From positions 87,174,001 to 87,238,000 of the forward strand of contig NC_058368.1 of NCBI RefSeq assembly GCF_018350175.1: a stretch of 64,000 nt of DNA, read 5' to 3'. The stretch is from Felis catus (lineage: Eukaryota). The notes below the pieces were generated by a model. It saw only the letters and a list, made by a program, of their open reading frames with translations, was not told the DNA's origin and did no database searches. Both the position numbers and the translations under genes were made by a program. Positions 26,183-38,237 of this stretch are shown here, in pieces; positions within the stretch are counted from its first letter, which is position 1; every line of letters begins with the position of its first letter.

Positions 26183-26245
26183 CAAAAAGAAAAAAGAAAA
26201 GAAAAGAAAAGAAAAGAAAGAAAAGAAAAGAAAGAAAAGAAAAGA
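26183..26245. repeat. (GAAAA)n simple repeat
   Basis: Direct reading. Confidence 0.9.
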
Positions 26246-26641
26246 GTAAATTGGTAATTCTAAATGACTTATTTCAACATAGGCTAAAACATTGTTTTAA
26301 CACTGTTGTTTATACAGGCCCACACTAAATGCATGTGCCATTGCACCAGAAGCTACCCAGAGAGCACACGTGACCTATACTTACAACTTGCAATGCCTAG
26401 TACATTCAAGTATAAATGTATCAAAACCACCAAAAGGCAAAAACATTAAAAAGGATTCAGAGATTTCCTAAAAACACAAAAGAAGAAAAATTACAACAAA
26501 CTTTCTTCTATTTAGAGAAATCGGAAAATAAAGTAGTACACACATAAACTAACTTGCCCTCCTAATTATCTGCAATATTTACATGTTTTTCTAATTTCTA
26601 TTAATCCAATAAAGAAGTGTTGGCTGAAAATAAAAAATAAC

Positions 26642-26835
26642 GGGGCATCTTGTAGTTCAGTCAGTTGAGGGTGCAAATTTGGCTCAGGTTGTGATCTCAT
26701 AGTTCATGAGTTTGGGCCCCATGTCTTGCTCACTGCAGTTAGTGCAGTGTCTGCTTTGGATCCTCTGTCCCCCTTTTTTCTGCCCCTCTCCTGTTCACAC
26801 TCTCCCTCTCACTCTCTCAAAAATAAATATTTAAA
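26642..26835 (+). mobile_element. Can-SINE (diverged)
   Basis: ggggcatcttgtagttcagtcagttgag...ctctcaaaaataaat. Confidence 0.85.
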
Positions 26836-27002
26836 AATTAATAAATAAAAGCAAAGCTTCTCTTGTTCAAGGAAATGGTTGTTGTACATAAGAAAAGAAG
26901 TATTAAAACTGAGCATGAACATAAAGCTGGGATTTAAAAAAATAAGTAAAACTTATGCAAAATTAAATCTAGACATACTTATTTTTTTAATTATTTTTAA
27001 AA

Positions 27003-27470
27003 TATCAGAGTTCTCCAGAGAAACAGAATCAATAGAATGCACAGATACAGATAATAGATAGATGAATGATAGAAAGATGATAAATAGGTAGATAGATAGA
27101 TGATAGATAAATAGATAATGATACAGACACACATTGGTAAACAGGTAGATAGATAGAGAGGTAGACAGACAGAGGGAGTCACAAGTTGAAAATCTGCAGG
27201 ACAAGCTGAAGACCCAAGAAAGAGTTGATGTTGCAGCCAAAGTCCAACCATGGTCTGAAGGCAGAATTCAGTCTTTCTAAGGGGAATTCAGATTGTTTTA
27301 TCATAAGACCTTCCACTAATTGCAGAGTTCTCCACATAATGGAGAGCAATTGATTATTCAAAGTCTACTGATTTAAGTTTTAATCTCATCTAAAAATACC
27401 TTCGCAGAAAATCCTGACTGGGGTTTGAAATACCCAGATATTATGGCCTAGTCAAGTAGACACATCAAGT
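27003..27470 (-). mobile_element. MLT2-type (ERVL) LTR with internal (GATA)n microsatellite
   Basis: cagagttctccagagaaacagaatcaatag start, GATA array 27045-27170, and ctcatctaaaaataccttc...ggcctagtcaagtagacacat end match the MLT2 layout. Confidence 0.8.
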
Positions 27471-27889
27471 TTCAGAATTACAGAGACTAATTAGTTCCCA
27501 GAAATAGTTGAAAGTTTATTAATTTCATTAATTTTTACAACTTAAAGATTCTCATTTTCACCTTTTACAACAAAGTCTAAGAAAAAAATATTGCAAAGTA
27601 AACCGTGGCTTGCCATTAAATCTTGAATCGTTTCTACTTCAGAACAGTCAGAAGGTGAAAATACATGGGTTAATGAATGAACTATACTTCCATATTCATC
27701 ATAATTTAATATCATCACCATCATTATAATAATCATCATCATTAGCATCATTTATCCTGGCAAATGTTCTCATACTAAGCAGCTGTGGCCTGGTTACTTT
27801 CCACACTGTTCCCATCCACATGTTAACATGACACTATTTCCTTCTATGACCCTCTGCTCTTGAATTGTTAAGAATTGTATTCCTAAAAG

Positions 27890-28140
27890 AAAAGAGAGAG
27901 AGGCAATCCAAGAAACAGACGCTTGACAATAGAGAACAACGTGATGGTCACCAGAGGAGAGGTGGGTGGGGGGGATGGGCTAAATGTGTAATGGGGATTA
28001 AGGACTGGACTTGTTGAGATGAGCACTGGGTGTTGAATAAAAGTATTGAATCACTACATTGTACATCTTAAATTAATATTACACTGTATGTTCACTAACT
28101 GGAATGTAAATAAAATCTTTAAAAAAGAAAATAAAATAAT
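27890..28140 (+). mobile_element. Old L1 3'UTR fragment
   Basis: gagaacaacgtgatggtcaccagagg...gatgagcactgggtgttg...acactgtatgttcactaactggaat followed by an A-rich tail. Confidence 0.8.
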
Positions 28141-28671
28141 TGTATCCCTAATTTTTTCCCACTGCAGGTGTACTGCCTTCTTTGAAACTTGTTTCAATAA
28201 AGACTTTTCAAGTCAGTGACTTTCAAACTTTTGTGTCAATGATTCATGTAGGTAAAATATTTGATACACATACACACATAGACACTCACACAACTGATTT
28301 ACCCTACCTTGTGCAATCCTCTCTGAAATTTTCTATTCCATTTCATGCTAACTTAACTCACTGTTAAATGCCTGTTGCCTTAAATGCTTGTCAAATTGAT
28401 TTAATGACCAATAAGTGGCCTATGACCTGGAATTTTAAAGAAATACTGTTCCTAGAGAAGCAGTTATAAATTATTTGCACGGGGAAGGAGGAGGCAGACA
28501 ACAGCCTGAATTAGTAATGGTATACTTTCCACAGGGATCTAGAATTTTTGGAACAAAAGAGAATATGGAATGGAACAAATGAACCTCAAAATACCAGTCA
28601 CTCCTTCACACATACATGCACACATTTTTCTGCCTGAAGGCTCCTTCTCCTTAGATCTGAATCAATAGTAG

Positions 28672-28870
28672 AGCACTTGGGGGGGTCAGTAGGTTAAATG
28701 TCTGACTTCGACTCAGGTCAAGATCTTGTGGTTCAAATCAGGCTCTGTGCTGACAGCTCAGAGCCTGGAGCTTGCTTCAAATTCTGTGTCTCCCTCTCTC
28801 TATGCCCCTCCCCTGCTCTCTCTCTCTCAAAAATTAATAAACATTCAAAATTTAAAATAAATAAATAAAT
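28672..28870 (+). mobile_element. Can-SINE (internally deleted)
   Basis: ctgacttcgactcaggtcaagatc...ggctctgtgctgacagctcagagcctggagc...(CT)n, AATAAA tail. Confidence 0.85.
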
Positions 28871-29214
28871 AGATCTGACTTAATAGTCACATTATAGTTT
28901 TCTGGAATCATAGTCTAAAGTTAGCTGCAAATAAATAATTATCACCCTATAAACGCCACTAAGCAAAGAGGAAGTAGCATTTTTTTTTCCACCAGCCCAT
29001 TATCTTTTGAGTCTGTCACTTGGAAGGACACAGGGGTTCTCTCCATCTACCGGCAAGCAAAGATACAAGTTATTTAGTTTAGGATCCCTGAAAGAGAGAA
29101 GACCTTGCTCTGTTCACATTCTAGCATCTGATATGACATTGTGCATTGTTATTGCCCTGGAACAAAGAGTTTTCATGGACAATAAGTATCTCAGGATGAG
29201 TGATACCTGCCGCA

Positions 29215-30162
29215 TCAGTGCCCTATTGCATCCAACAGGCTGTGGTCTTTCCCAAGAACCTTCCACATGGCTCCCTTCACATCTTTGTTTCTCAGTGTGT
29301 AGATGAAAGGATTCAGAGTGGGGGTCACCAAACAGTAGAAGAGGGTTAGGAACTTGCCCTGGTCCTGGCTTGCCACATTCCCAGGCTGCATGTACATGTA
29401 GATTATAGTGCTATAGAAGAGAGACACTACAATCATGTGGGAAGAGCAGGTGTTGAAGGCCTTGTGCCTCCCAGCTGCAGACCGGATCCGCAGAACTGTG
29501 GCTATAATATAACCATAGGAAACCAGTATCATGGCGAGGGGCACCAGGACAATGGGGATGGCCAAGAAGAGAGCCAGGCCTTCAACACGCCTAGTGTCCA
29601 CGCAGGAGATGTGGATGATGGCTGGCATCTCACACACAAAGTGGTTGATGTGATGGTGACCACACCGCTTCAAGGACATTGTCAGTGGGGACATGAGGAT
29701 GGAATTGGCAATCCCAGTGAGCCAGGCACAGGCTGCCAGTCGCAGGCACAGCTGTGGGTGCATGATGGTCATGTAGTGAAGAGGCTTGCAAACAGCCACA
29801 AAGCGGTCATAGGCCATGACAGAAAGAAGAATGCATTCAATGCCACCCACAGACAGGAACGCAAAGAGTTGTATGACACAACCAATATAAGTGATGGTCT
29901 TTTGTGGGCCCCAGAGGTTGACCAGCATCTGAGGAATGCTGCTAGAGGTGTAACAGAGATCCAGGAGAGACAGGTTGCAGAGGAAGAAGTACATTGGCCT
30001 GTGCAGTCGAGGGTCCACCAGGGACAGGAAGATGATAGTCGAGTTGCCCATGACAGCCAGAAAGTAAAACACCATGTTAGTGAAAAACAAAACCATCTCC
30101 AGCTTTGGCCGGTCAGAGAATCCAAGCAGAATGAAGTTTCTAGAGCTTTCATTTCTTTCCAT
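29215..30162 (-). CDS. Intact olfactory receptor, class II, OR2 family (OR2W-like), 315 aa from the MERNESS start
   Basis: Single coding exon with all OR motifs: N-glycosylation site NES, FILLGFS, GN in TM1, LHRPMYFFLCNLS, MAYDRFVAVCKPLHY, HFVCE, SYGYI, KAFNTCSSH, QDQGKFLTLFY (recalls OR2W subfamily), PTLNPFIYTLRNKDVKGA. The ORF track extends to an ATG at 30201, but the second Met gives the usual OR N-terminus. Confidence 0.96.
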   Translation of the reverse strand: MERNESSRNFILLGFSDRPKLEMVLFFTNMVFYFLAVMGNSTIIFLSLVDPRLHRPMYFFLCNLSLLDLCYTSSSIPQMLVNLWGPQKTITYIGCVIQLFAFLSVGGIECILLSVMAYDRFVAVCKPLHYMTIMHPQLCLRLAACAWLTGIANSILMSPLTMSLKRCGHHHINHFVCEMPAIIHISCVDTRRVEGLALFLAIPIVLVPLAMILVSYGYIIATVLRIRSAAGRHKAFNTCSSHMIVVSLFYSTIIYMYMQPGNVASQDQGKFLTLFYCLVTPTLNPFIYTLRNKDVKGAMWKVLGKDHSLLDAIGH

Positions 30163-30180
30163 CACACTTGGCTTGATAAA

Positions 30181-30200
30181 CCTGTTTAGGGAGGCTAACA
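30181..30200 (-). promoter_or_regulatory. Candidate 3' splice acceptor of the OR coding exon
   Basis: Minus strand reads ...taataacacatgttagcctccctaaacAG|Gtttatcaagccaagtgtg ATG; the exon would begin at 30181, 19 nt before the ATG, as is typical of ORs with non-coding 5' exons. Confidence 0.6.
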
Positions 30201-32208
30201 TGTGTTATTACTCATACAGAAAATGAGGCACCACATTTTTTCCCAAGAAAATAGTTTTGTTCCACCTATTTAACTGGGACACTTGCTTGTGCATTGCCTG
30301 GAATTATAGGGTGAGGGGCTAAAAATATTTGTCTGTAAAGTGATGGAAGCTGTAACTTTTGCCTCTATATCTTCTAATCTGGTTAAGTGAGATAAGTGGA
30401 TACATCTTTAAAAAAAAGTCTTCTTTGGAAAGAAGAGTTAAAATGGTGGATCAGCATGGAGACCCTGAGTTGCCTGGTCTGTGAAACGTAGGTATATCAC
30501 TACCAAACCATTTTGAACATCTAGTAAATCGATCTGAGGTTTAATGCAATAATCTGCATAATTTGAGTCACAGAATTTGACAGTTATGTGTGTGAAGAGG
30601 GAAAAGTCACAGAGGGTAAGGTATTTTTTTTTTTTTGCAGAGATAGGACAGAGAAGGAGAAAAGGGGAGAGTGTGGTACATTGGGATTGAGCAAGAAAAG
30701 CAATCCGCCCTTAAAGTTGCTGGAGAGAAAAAGAAAGAGTGAAAACACTCACTGGGGAGGGAACAAGAAATCAGTTCCCCGAAACAATTGATGGTGAGAA
30801 AGGAGAGGGTTTCAAAACCACCAGGATTCTATAAACAATGAGGTACAGAATCTGAAGTTCCCAGAGCTCAGTGCCTCGTGGTGCTCTGGCAAGGAAGCAG
30901 GGTGAATCTTCAGGAATGGCAGGGTCTGAGGGGTCTGTGTGCCACACAGGGAGAATTGGTTCACGTGTTTGAAGCGCATTTGATAGAGGCCAAACAGCCT
31001 CCCCACCAGCAAAGGTCCCAGCAGACCACGGAAAGCACACGTTTGTTGGTATTAGGACAAAGACACCAAGAGTGCAGGGAAACCTGGTGCCAGCTGTGTA
31101 TTCTGATTTGCCGTGATCTCTGAACTTCTGCCACTGTGCAATTGCATGAATGTTTTCTGTGGCAAGCCAACACCCCGGCCATTGCTCAGTAAGATCCTCT
31201 CCGCAGAGAGTCTGTGCAGGTACAAGCTTCAGTGTACCTCTGAAGTGTGAGGTTTTGAAGCATGTCCATATCTGAGATAAAACTCTGGAGAAAGTTGCCA
31301 CCTGGCTGGTAGATGACTTGGACACAGACAAGGTAGAGGCAGGGAGTGGAAGGAGGCCTGAGACAAAAGGAGGGGTGCTTGATTGTGGACTGTTGAAAGC
31401 ACAAAGTTCCTACCCCAGAGACTAAGAAGCTGGATGAAGCCATTTCCACATCTCCTGCACATGCATAAGCACAGGGCACATGTGCACCACACTAAAACAC
31501 GCCAGTAAACTAAGCCACACCACCTAGTGGACAATGGAGCTATTACACCAAGCCATGCCCAACTGTACCCTCCAAGCACATCCCCCTGGAGACCAGCCAG
31601 CACAAGTCACTCCACCTGCTTAGTCTAGGGACTCTAGAGTGCTTCATAGTTTCAGTTCTACATGGAAACTGGATGTAACTTCATTCGTGTTTCATTCTGT
31701 TTGCTGGTTCATTTATTTGTTTTGTTTGCTTCTGTTTTTGCTTACATTTTCTTTATTCTTTCTTTCCTTTCTCTTTCTTGGGTTCAGAAAGAGAAAAATT
31801 TAATTTTATTATTTTCTACTTTACTTTTTATTATTTTTAAAATTCTTATTCTATTTTATTCTTTGTTTAATTTTATTCTATTTTGTCATATAAATTGTTT
31901 TAATTTAAATTTTTTCTTACCTTATTTTTTCATTCCTCTCCTTTTTTCACTATTCTATCAAGCTTACTTCAACAAACAAACTAAAACACACCTAGGATCT
32001 AGCTTCCTTTATTTGATTTTTTGTTTTGTTTTTAATTTTTTAATTTTACCAATTTTTTTTCCTTCTCCAAAATGACAAAACAGAAATTCACCTCAAAAGA
32101 AAAAAAAAAACAGGAAGAAATGACAGCCATGGAATTAATCAACACAGATACGAATAAGATGTCTGAACTAGAATTTAGAACCATGATAATAACAATCTTA
32201 CATGGGAT

Positions 32209-32415
32209 TGGGACACCTGGGTGGCTTAGTCAGTTAGGCTTCTGACTTTGGCTTAGGTCATGGTCTCACAGTCTATGAGTTTGAGCCTCATGTCAGGCTC
32301 TGTGCTGACATCTGAGAGTCTGGAACCTCCTTTGGATTCTGTGTCTCCCTCTCTCTACCCCCCACCCACATGTGCTCACTCACTCTTAAAAATAAATACA
32401 AATTTTTAAAAATAT
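32209..32415 (+). mobile_element. Can-SINE inside L1 ORF1
   Basis: gggacacctgggtggcttagtcagttagg...aaaaataaata. Confidence 0.88.
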
Positions 32416-33660
32416 AAAAGAACATTAGCTGGGGTTGAAAAAAGATGAATGGGTTAACCGAGAAAATAAAGAGAAAATTAAAAATTAAAATTACATTAAG
32501 GCTAATGAAAAGGAAAACACGACAGTCCAAATCTCCAGGATGCAGCAAAGGTGGTCATAAGAGGAAATTATATAGCAATCCAGGCTTTCCTAAAGAAGGA
32601 AGAAAGGTCTCAAATACACAACTTAAATTTACACCTAAAAGAGCTGGAAAAACAACTGCAAATAAATCCCCAAAACAGCCGTAGAAGGCAAATCATAAAG
32701 AGTAGAGCAGAAATCAGGAAAAAAAAGAAAACACCAACAACAGTAGAACAGATCAATGAAACCAGGATCTTGTTCTTGGAATGAATTAACAAAATACATA
32801 AACCCATAGCCAGATTGATCAAAAAGAAAAAGGAAAGGACTTGAATAAATAAAATCATGAAGGAAAGAGAAGATATCACAACCAAACTGTGGAAATACAA
32901 ACAATAATGAGAGAATATTATGAGCAATTGTATGCCAACAAATTGAGCAATCTGGAAGAAAGGATTAAATTCCACAAACTACAAAAACTGAAACTGGAAT
33001 AGAAATTTTGAACAGATCCATAAACAGTAAAGAAATTGAATGAGTAATCAAAAATCTCCCAACAAACAAGAGTAGATAGAGTTCAAGGCCAGATGGCTTT
33101 CCAGGAGAATTCTACCAAACATTTAAAGAAGAGTTAACACCTCTTCTTTTGAAGCTGTGCCAAAAAATAGAAGTGGGAAGAAAAATTCCAAACTCATTCT
33201 AAAAGGCCACCATTACCTTGATACCAAAACCAGACAAAGACCCCACTAAAAAGAAGAAGTACAGACCAATTTCCTGATGAACATGAATGCAAAAATTCTC
33301 AACAAGATACTTGTAAACTTAATCCAACAATACCTTAAAAGAGTTATTCACCATGATCAAGTGGGATTATTCCTGGGTTGCAGGGCTGGTTCAATATCTG
33401 CAAATCAATCAATATGATACATCACATTAATAAAAGAAAGGATAAGAACCACATGAGCTTCTCAATAGATGCAGGAAAAGCAGTTGACAAAATGCAGCAT
33501 CCTTTCTTGATAAATCATCAAGAAAATAGGGATAGAAAGAAAGTACCTCACCATCATAATGGCCATATATGAAAGACATATATGTTCCCCCTAAGGTCAG
33601 GAACATGACAAGGATGTGGACTCTCACCACTGTTATTCAACATAGTATTAGAAGTCCTCA

Positions 33661-33726
33661 CAATCCATGAGATTATGACCTGAGTTGAAGTCAGATGTTT
33701 AACAGACTGAGCCACCCAGGTGCTCC
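33661..33726 (-). mobile_element. Tail-less Can-SINE 5' fragment at an L1 deletion
   Basis: gacctgagttgaagtcagatgtttaacagactgagccacccaggtgctcc; flanking L1 skips from LEVL to KSFSFLY. Confidence 0.8.
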
Positions 33727-35612
33727 TAAATCATTTTCATTTCTATACACCAATAATGAAGCTGTAGAAAGGGAAATCAAGGAATCGATCCTATTTACAA
33801 TTGCACCAAAACCCATAAAATACCTAGGAAAAAGCCTAACCAAAGGGGTGCAAGATCTATACACTGAAAACTATAGAAAGCTGATGAAAAAAAAATTTGA
33901 GGAAACCACAAAGAAATGGAAGAACATTCCATGCTCATGGATTGAAAAACAAATATTATTGAAATGTCGATACAACCCAAAGCAATCTACATATTCAATG
34001 AATTATCTATCAAAATAATGCCAGCATTCTTCACAGACCTAGACAAACAATTCTAAAAATGTATGGAATCACAAAAGACCCCTAATAGTCAAAGTAATGT
34101 TGAAAAAGAAAACCAAACCTCGAGGCATCACATTTCCTGACTTCAAGCTGTATTACAAAGCTGTAATCATCAAGACAGTATGATATTGGAACAAAAACAG
34201 ACATAGAAATCAATGGAACAGAATAGAGAATGCAGAAATGCAACCACAAATGTGTGGCCAACTGATCTTGGACAAAGTAGGAAAGAATATCTAATGGAAA
34301 AAAGGCAGTTCCTTCAGCAAGTGGTGTTAGGACAACTGGAGAGCAACATGCAGAAGAATGAACCAGAACCACTTTCTTACACCATACACAAAAAATGAAC
34401 TCAAAATGGATGAAATACCTAAACATAAGACAGGAAGCCATCAAAATCCTAGAGGGAAAACCAGGCAACAACCTCTTTGACCTTGGCACAGCAACGTAAT
34501 ACCTCATATGTCTCCAGAGTCAAAGAAAGCATAAGCAAAAATGAACTATTGGGACCTCAAGAGAAAAAGGTTCTGCACAGTGAAGGAAACAATCAGCAAA
34601 ACTAAAAGGCAACCGACAGAATGGGAGAAGACATTTGCAAATGACATATTAGATAAAGGGTTAGTGTCCAAAATCTATACACGACTTATCAAACTCAACT
34701 CCCAAAAAACAAATACTCTAGTGAAGAAATGGGCAAAAGACACAAATACACACTTTTCCAAAGAAGACATCCAGATGACAGACACATGAAAAGATGCTCA
34801 ACATCACTTATAACCAGGGAAATACAAATCAAAGCCACAATGAGACACCACCTCACACCTGTCAGAGTGTCTAAAATTAACAACTCAGGCAACAACAGAT
34901 GTTGGCGAGGATGCGGAGAAAGAGGAATGGTTTTGCACTTTTGGTGTGACTGCATACTGGTGGAGACACTCTGGAAAATAGTATGGAGATTCCTCAAAAA
35001 ATTGGAAATAGAACTACCCATGACCCAGCAATTATACTACTAGGTATTTATCCAAAGGATACAGGAGTGATGATTTGAAGGGACACATGTACCCCAATGT
35101 TTATAGCAGCACTATTGAAAATAGCCAAAGTATGGAAAGAGCCCAGATATCCATTGACTGATGAACAGATAAAAAAGATGTTGTATATATACACAATGGA
35201 ATATTACTCGGTGATCAAAAAGAATGAAATTTTGCCATTTGCAACAACATGGATAGAACTAGAGTGCTTTATGCTAAGTGAAATAAGTCAGTCAGAGAAA
35301 GACAAATATATGATTTCACTCACATGTGGAATTTAAGAAACAAAACAGATGAACATAAGGGAAGGAAAGCAAAAATAATATAAAAACAGGGAGATAAAAC
35401 CATAAGAGACTCTTAAATACAGAGACCAAACTGAGGGTTGCTGGTGGGGTGTTGGGTGGCGGAAGGACTAAAGGAGTAAGGGTCATTAAGGTGGACACTT
35501 TTTGGGTTGAGCACTGGGTGTTATATGTAAGTGATGAATCACTAAATCCTATTCCTGAAATTATTGTTACACTGTATGTTAACTCACTTGGATTTAGATT
35601 AAAATAAATAAA

Positions 35613-35850
35613 GCGGTACCTGGGTAGCTCAGTTGGTTGAGTGTCCAACTTTGGCTCATGTCATGATCTCATGGTTCACAAGTTTGGGCCCTGCATCAGG
35701 CTCTTTGCTGACAACTCAGAGCCTGGAGCCTGCTTCAGACTCTGTTTCTATCTCTCTCTCTCTCTGCCCCTCCCCTGCTCATGCTCTCTCTCTTTGTCAA
35801 AAATAAATTTAAAAACATAAAATAAAATAAAATAAAATAAATAAATACAT
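35613..35850 (+). mobile_element. Can-SINE
   Basis: cctgggtagctcagttggttgagtgtccaactttggctc...(CT)n...(AAAAT)n tail. Confidence 0.88.
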
Positions 35851-36315
35851 TTTTAAAAATGATAAACATTTAAAAAAAACAAAAAAAATACACACAAAAA
35901 TAAAATCTTGCCATTTGCAGCAACATGGATGGAGCTAGAGACTATTATACAAAGTGAAATAAGTCAAAGAAAGACAAATATCATATGATATTAATCATAT
36001 GTGGAATTTAAGAAACAAAAGAGAGGAACATAGGGGAAGGGAAGAAAAAATAAGATAAAAAAAAGAGAGGGAGACAAACCAAAAGAGACTCTTAAATACA
36101 GAGAACAAACTGAGGGTTGTTGGCAGGGTGTTGGGTGGGGCAGATGGGCTAAATGTGTGATGGGCATTACAGAGGGCACTTATTGGGATAAGCACTGGAT
36201 GTTATATCTAAGTAATGAATCACTGGGTTCTACTCCTGAAATCATTTTGACACTATATGTTAACTAACTTGGATTTAAATTTTAAAAAATAATAAAAAGA
36301 AGTCAAATATACTTG

Positions 36316-36318
36316 AAA

Positions 36319-36351
<33 letters not shown>

Positions 36352-36387
36352 GAAAGAAAGAAAGAAAGAAAGAAAAGAGAAAGGCAA

Positions 36388-36422
<35 letters not shown>

Positions 36423-36425
36423 AAA
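36316..36425. repeat. (GAAA)n/(GAGAAA)n microsatellite
   Basis: Direct reading. Confidence 0.92.
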
Positions 36426-38071
36426 CTAAGCTTTTATTGACATAATCAGCAATAAAGTAACTTGGGGGAAAAAAAGAAAGTACTTTTGTCAGAATCCACT
36501 GACTTTGAGCCTATTTCTCTGGTAACTGACAAACTACCCCTTAAAATTTGTGGAACAATAGATTCAATTAATATGATCAACTCACGTGTTTTCATGATGA
36601 TAAATTCAACTGAAAAAAAGTTATTGGAAACTTACTTTATGCTAGACCCTGCACTATGAACTATAAGTATAGATAGGAATAAAACATAGTACCTACTTAA
36701 AAAATATTTAAATTACCTATATGTAGTCAGGAAAGTAACAGCGTGGGGACACTTGAAATAAGAGCCCTGAATTTACTTGATTCTGAATGGTTAATGATTT
36801 GGTCCAATCTCTTCACCCAGTGATTAAGGTAACATCAGGCAAGAAACCAAAAGTAGATTTGATTGTGCAATGGTGAGGGCATTCACAAAGTAAGCAGAAA
36901 ATGAGGGATGCTCTTTTGCACATCCAGCTCCACATAACACTAGGCCCAGAGGCCAATAAAAGGAAATAATAAGAATCATTGTGCCGGGTTATTTTTGCAG
37001 CAGGTTTGGGAGATTTGGGGGTAGTGGGTGTTGGATTTCTTTTTAACCTGCATTGCTTCAGTAAGAGTAGACTAAATATTTACATTATTTAATAGATGCC
37101 AATCAAATATTTGACTTGAATAAGATTCAGAAATTAACAGAAAAACGTGTATGTCTTTCATATCAATAATTAAATGCTAGCTATATGGGCAGTTTCCTGC
37201 CATCAACTTGTTTGGGGTTAACAAGCTGCTGAAGAAGTTAGAATACGGTGTAAGTGGAGAGTCTGTGAATGCAAGCCCATGGATCCCATAGCTCTGTTGT
37301 CTACCTGTGTGTGAGGCATGTCCACTTGCTGTCCAATCAAAAGGGTTGTAAACCCTACACTCAGGAAGAAGTTATGGTCTGAGATGAGGCCATACAGAAA
37401 GACCAGTTAGAGCCAGAGTTTTCAAAAAAATCAGCTTGAAAATTGCAGACAAACTAGTTTAAGGGATGGCCTAAGAACTATTATGGGAGTATATTATGAA
37501 TATAGCATATCTGCAGATCTTCCAAGAACTAAAGTAGTTAGCATGAATTGCACGTTTGGAAATTATAACATGGACACACGAGATTTTTTTTGTAGAAGAA
37601 TATTTACATGAAAAAAAGTTTGAAATAAAGAGTTAAATTAAACTTAAAAACCACTTTGTAATGAGATGTAACTTTTGATTTGTAATCCCCACACATAAAG
37701 GGACAACGCTTTTATTTTTTTCTTTCCTACTTTTGGCTGAAGACAAAGGCTTGTTACCTAGTTAGTTACTCTAAAACAACTCATCTTAAGACCAATACAT
37801 GTTTGCTACCAAAAAATTAGAAAGCAGAGAAAAAAATTTCATAATAAAATTTAATCAGAAAATAATAATTAATGAACTTATGTACATGCTTGTTTGCTCT
37901 TTTCCAGATTTTTAAAATTTATACATATATATTTTATATATTATTATTACTAATAATATATATTTCTTATATATAATTATTAATGTTATATGTTATGTAT
38001 ATTTATATTAATGACTATATCACAGGGTTTTCAGAGCATTCCTTAAAATACTTGCATTTAAAGGCACTCAA

Positions 38072-38237
38072 GACTGTTAAAAACTGAGAACAAACTGAGG
38101 ATTGATGGGGGGTGGGAGGGAGGGGAGGGTGGGTGATGGGTATTGAGGAGGGCACCGTTTGGGATGAGCACTGGGTGTTGTATGGAAACCAATTTGACAA
38201 TAAATTTCATATATTAAAAAAATAAAATAAAATAAAA
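38072..38237 (+). mobile_element. Very short 5'-truncated felid L1 (3'UTR tail only)
   Basis: gactgttaaaaactgagaacaaactgagg...caataaatttcatattaaaaa; 13-bp TSD taaaggcactcaa at 38059-38071 and 38238-38250. Confidence 0.93.

Larger units (their letters stand above)
30421..36295 (+). mobile_element. Older carnivore L1 with long 5'UTR, ORF1-to-ORF2 internal deletion, SINE insertions and two successive 3'UTRs
   Basis: 5'UTR 30430-32070 homologous to 45075-46690; ORF1 start ~32072 fused at ~32445 to ORF2 sequence; ORF2 to ~35330; 3' ends at ~35600 and ~36290; possible TSD aaaa(a/g)aagtc at 30411-30420 and ~36295-36304. Confidence 0.85.

Noticed and set aside
29437..30189. 250-aa plus-strand ORF antisense to the OR
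   Set aside because: Lies almost entirely opposite the OR coding region; antisense shadow ORFs are common for ORs because of codon usage; no recognisable domain.
30163..30201. 13-aa N-terminal extension of the OR from the ATG at 30201
   Set aside because: That ATG lies upstream of a plausible splice acceptor at 30181, and the next Met gives the canonical OR N-terminus with its glycosylation site.
37070..37080. gactaaatatt matching the 5' flank of the 17626 L1 (possible distant TSD of a 3' transduction)
   Set aside because: Only 11 AT-rich bases, not preceded by a poly-A tail, and 13 kb away across older elements and the OR gene.
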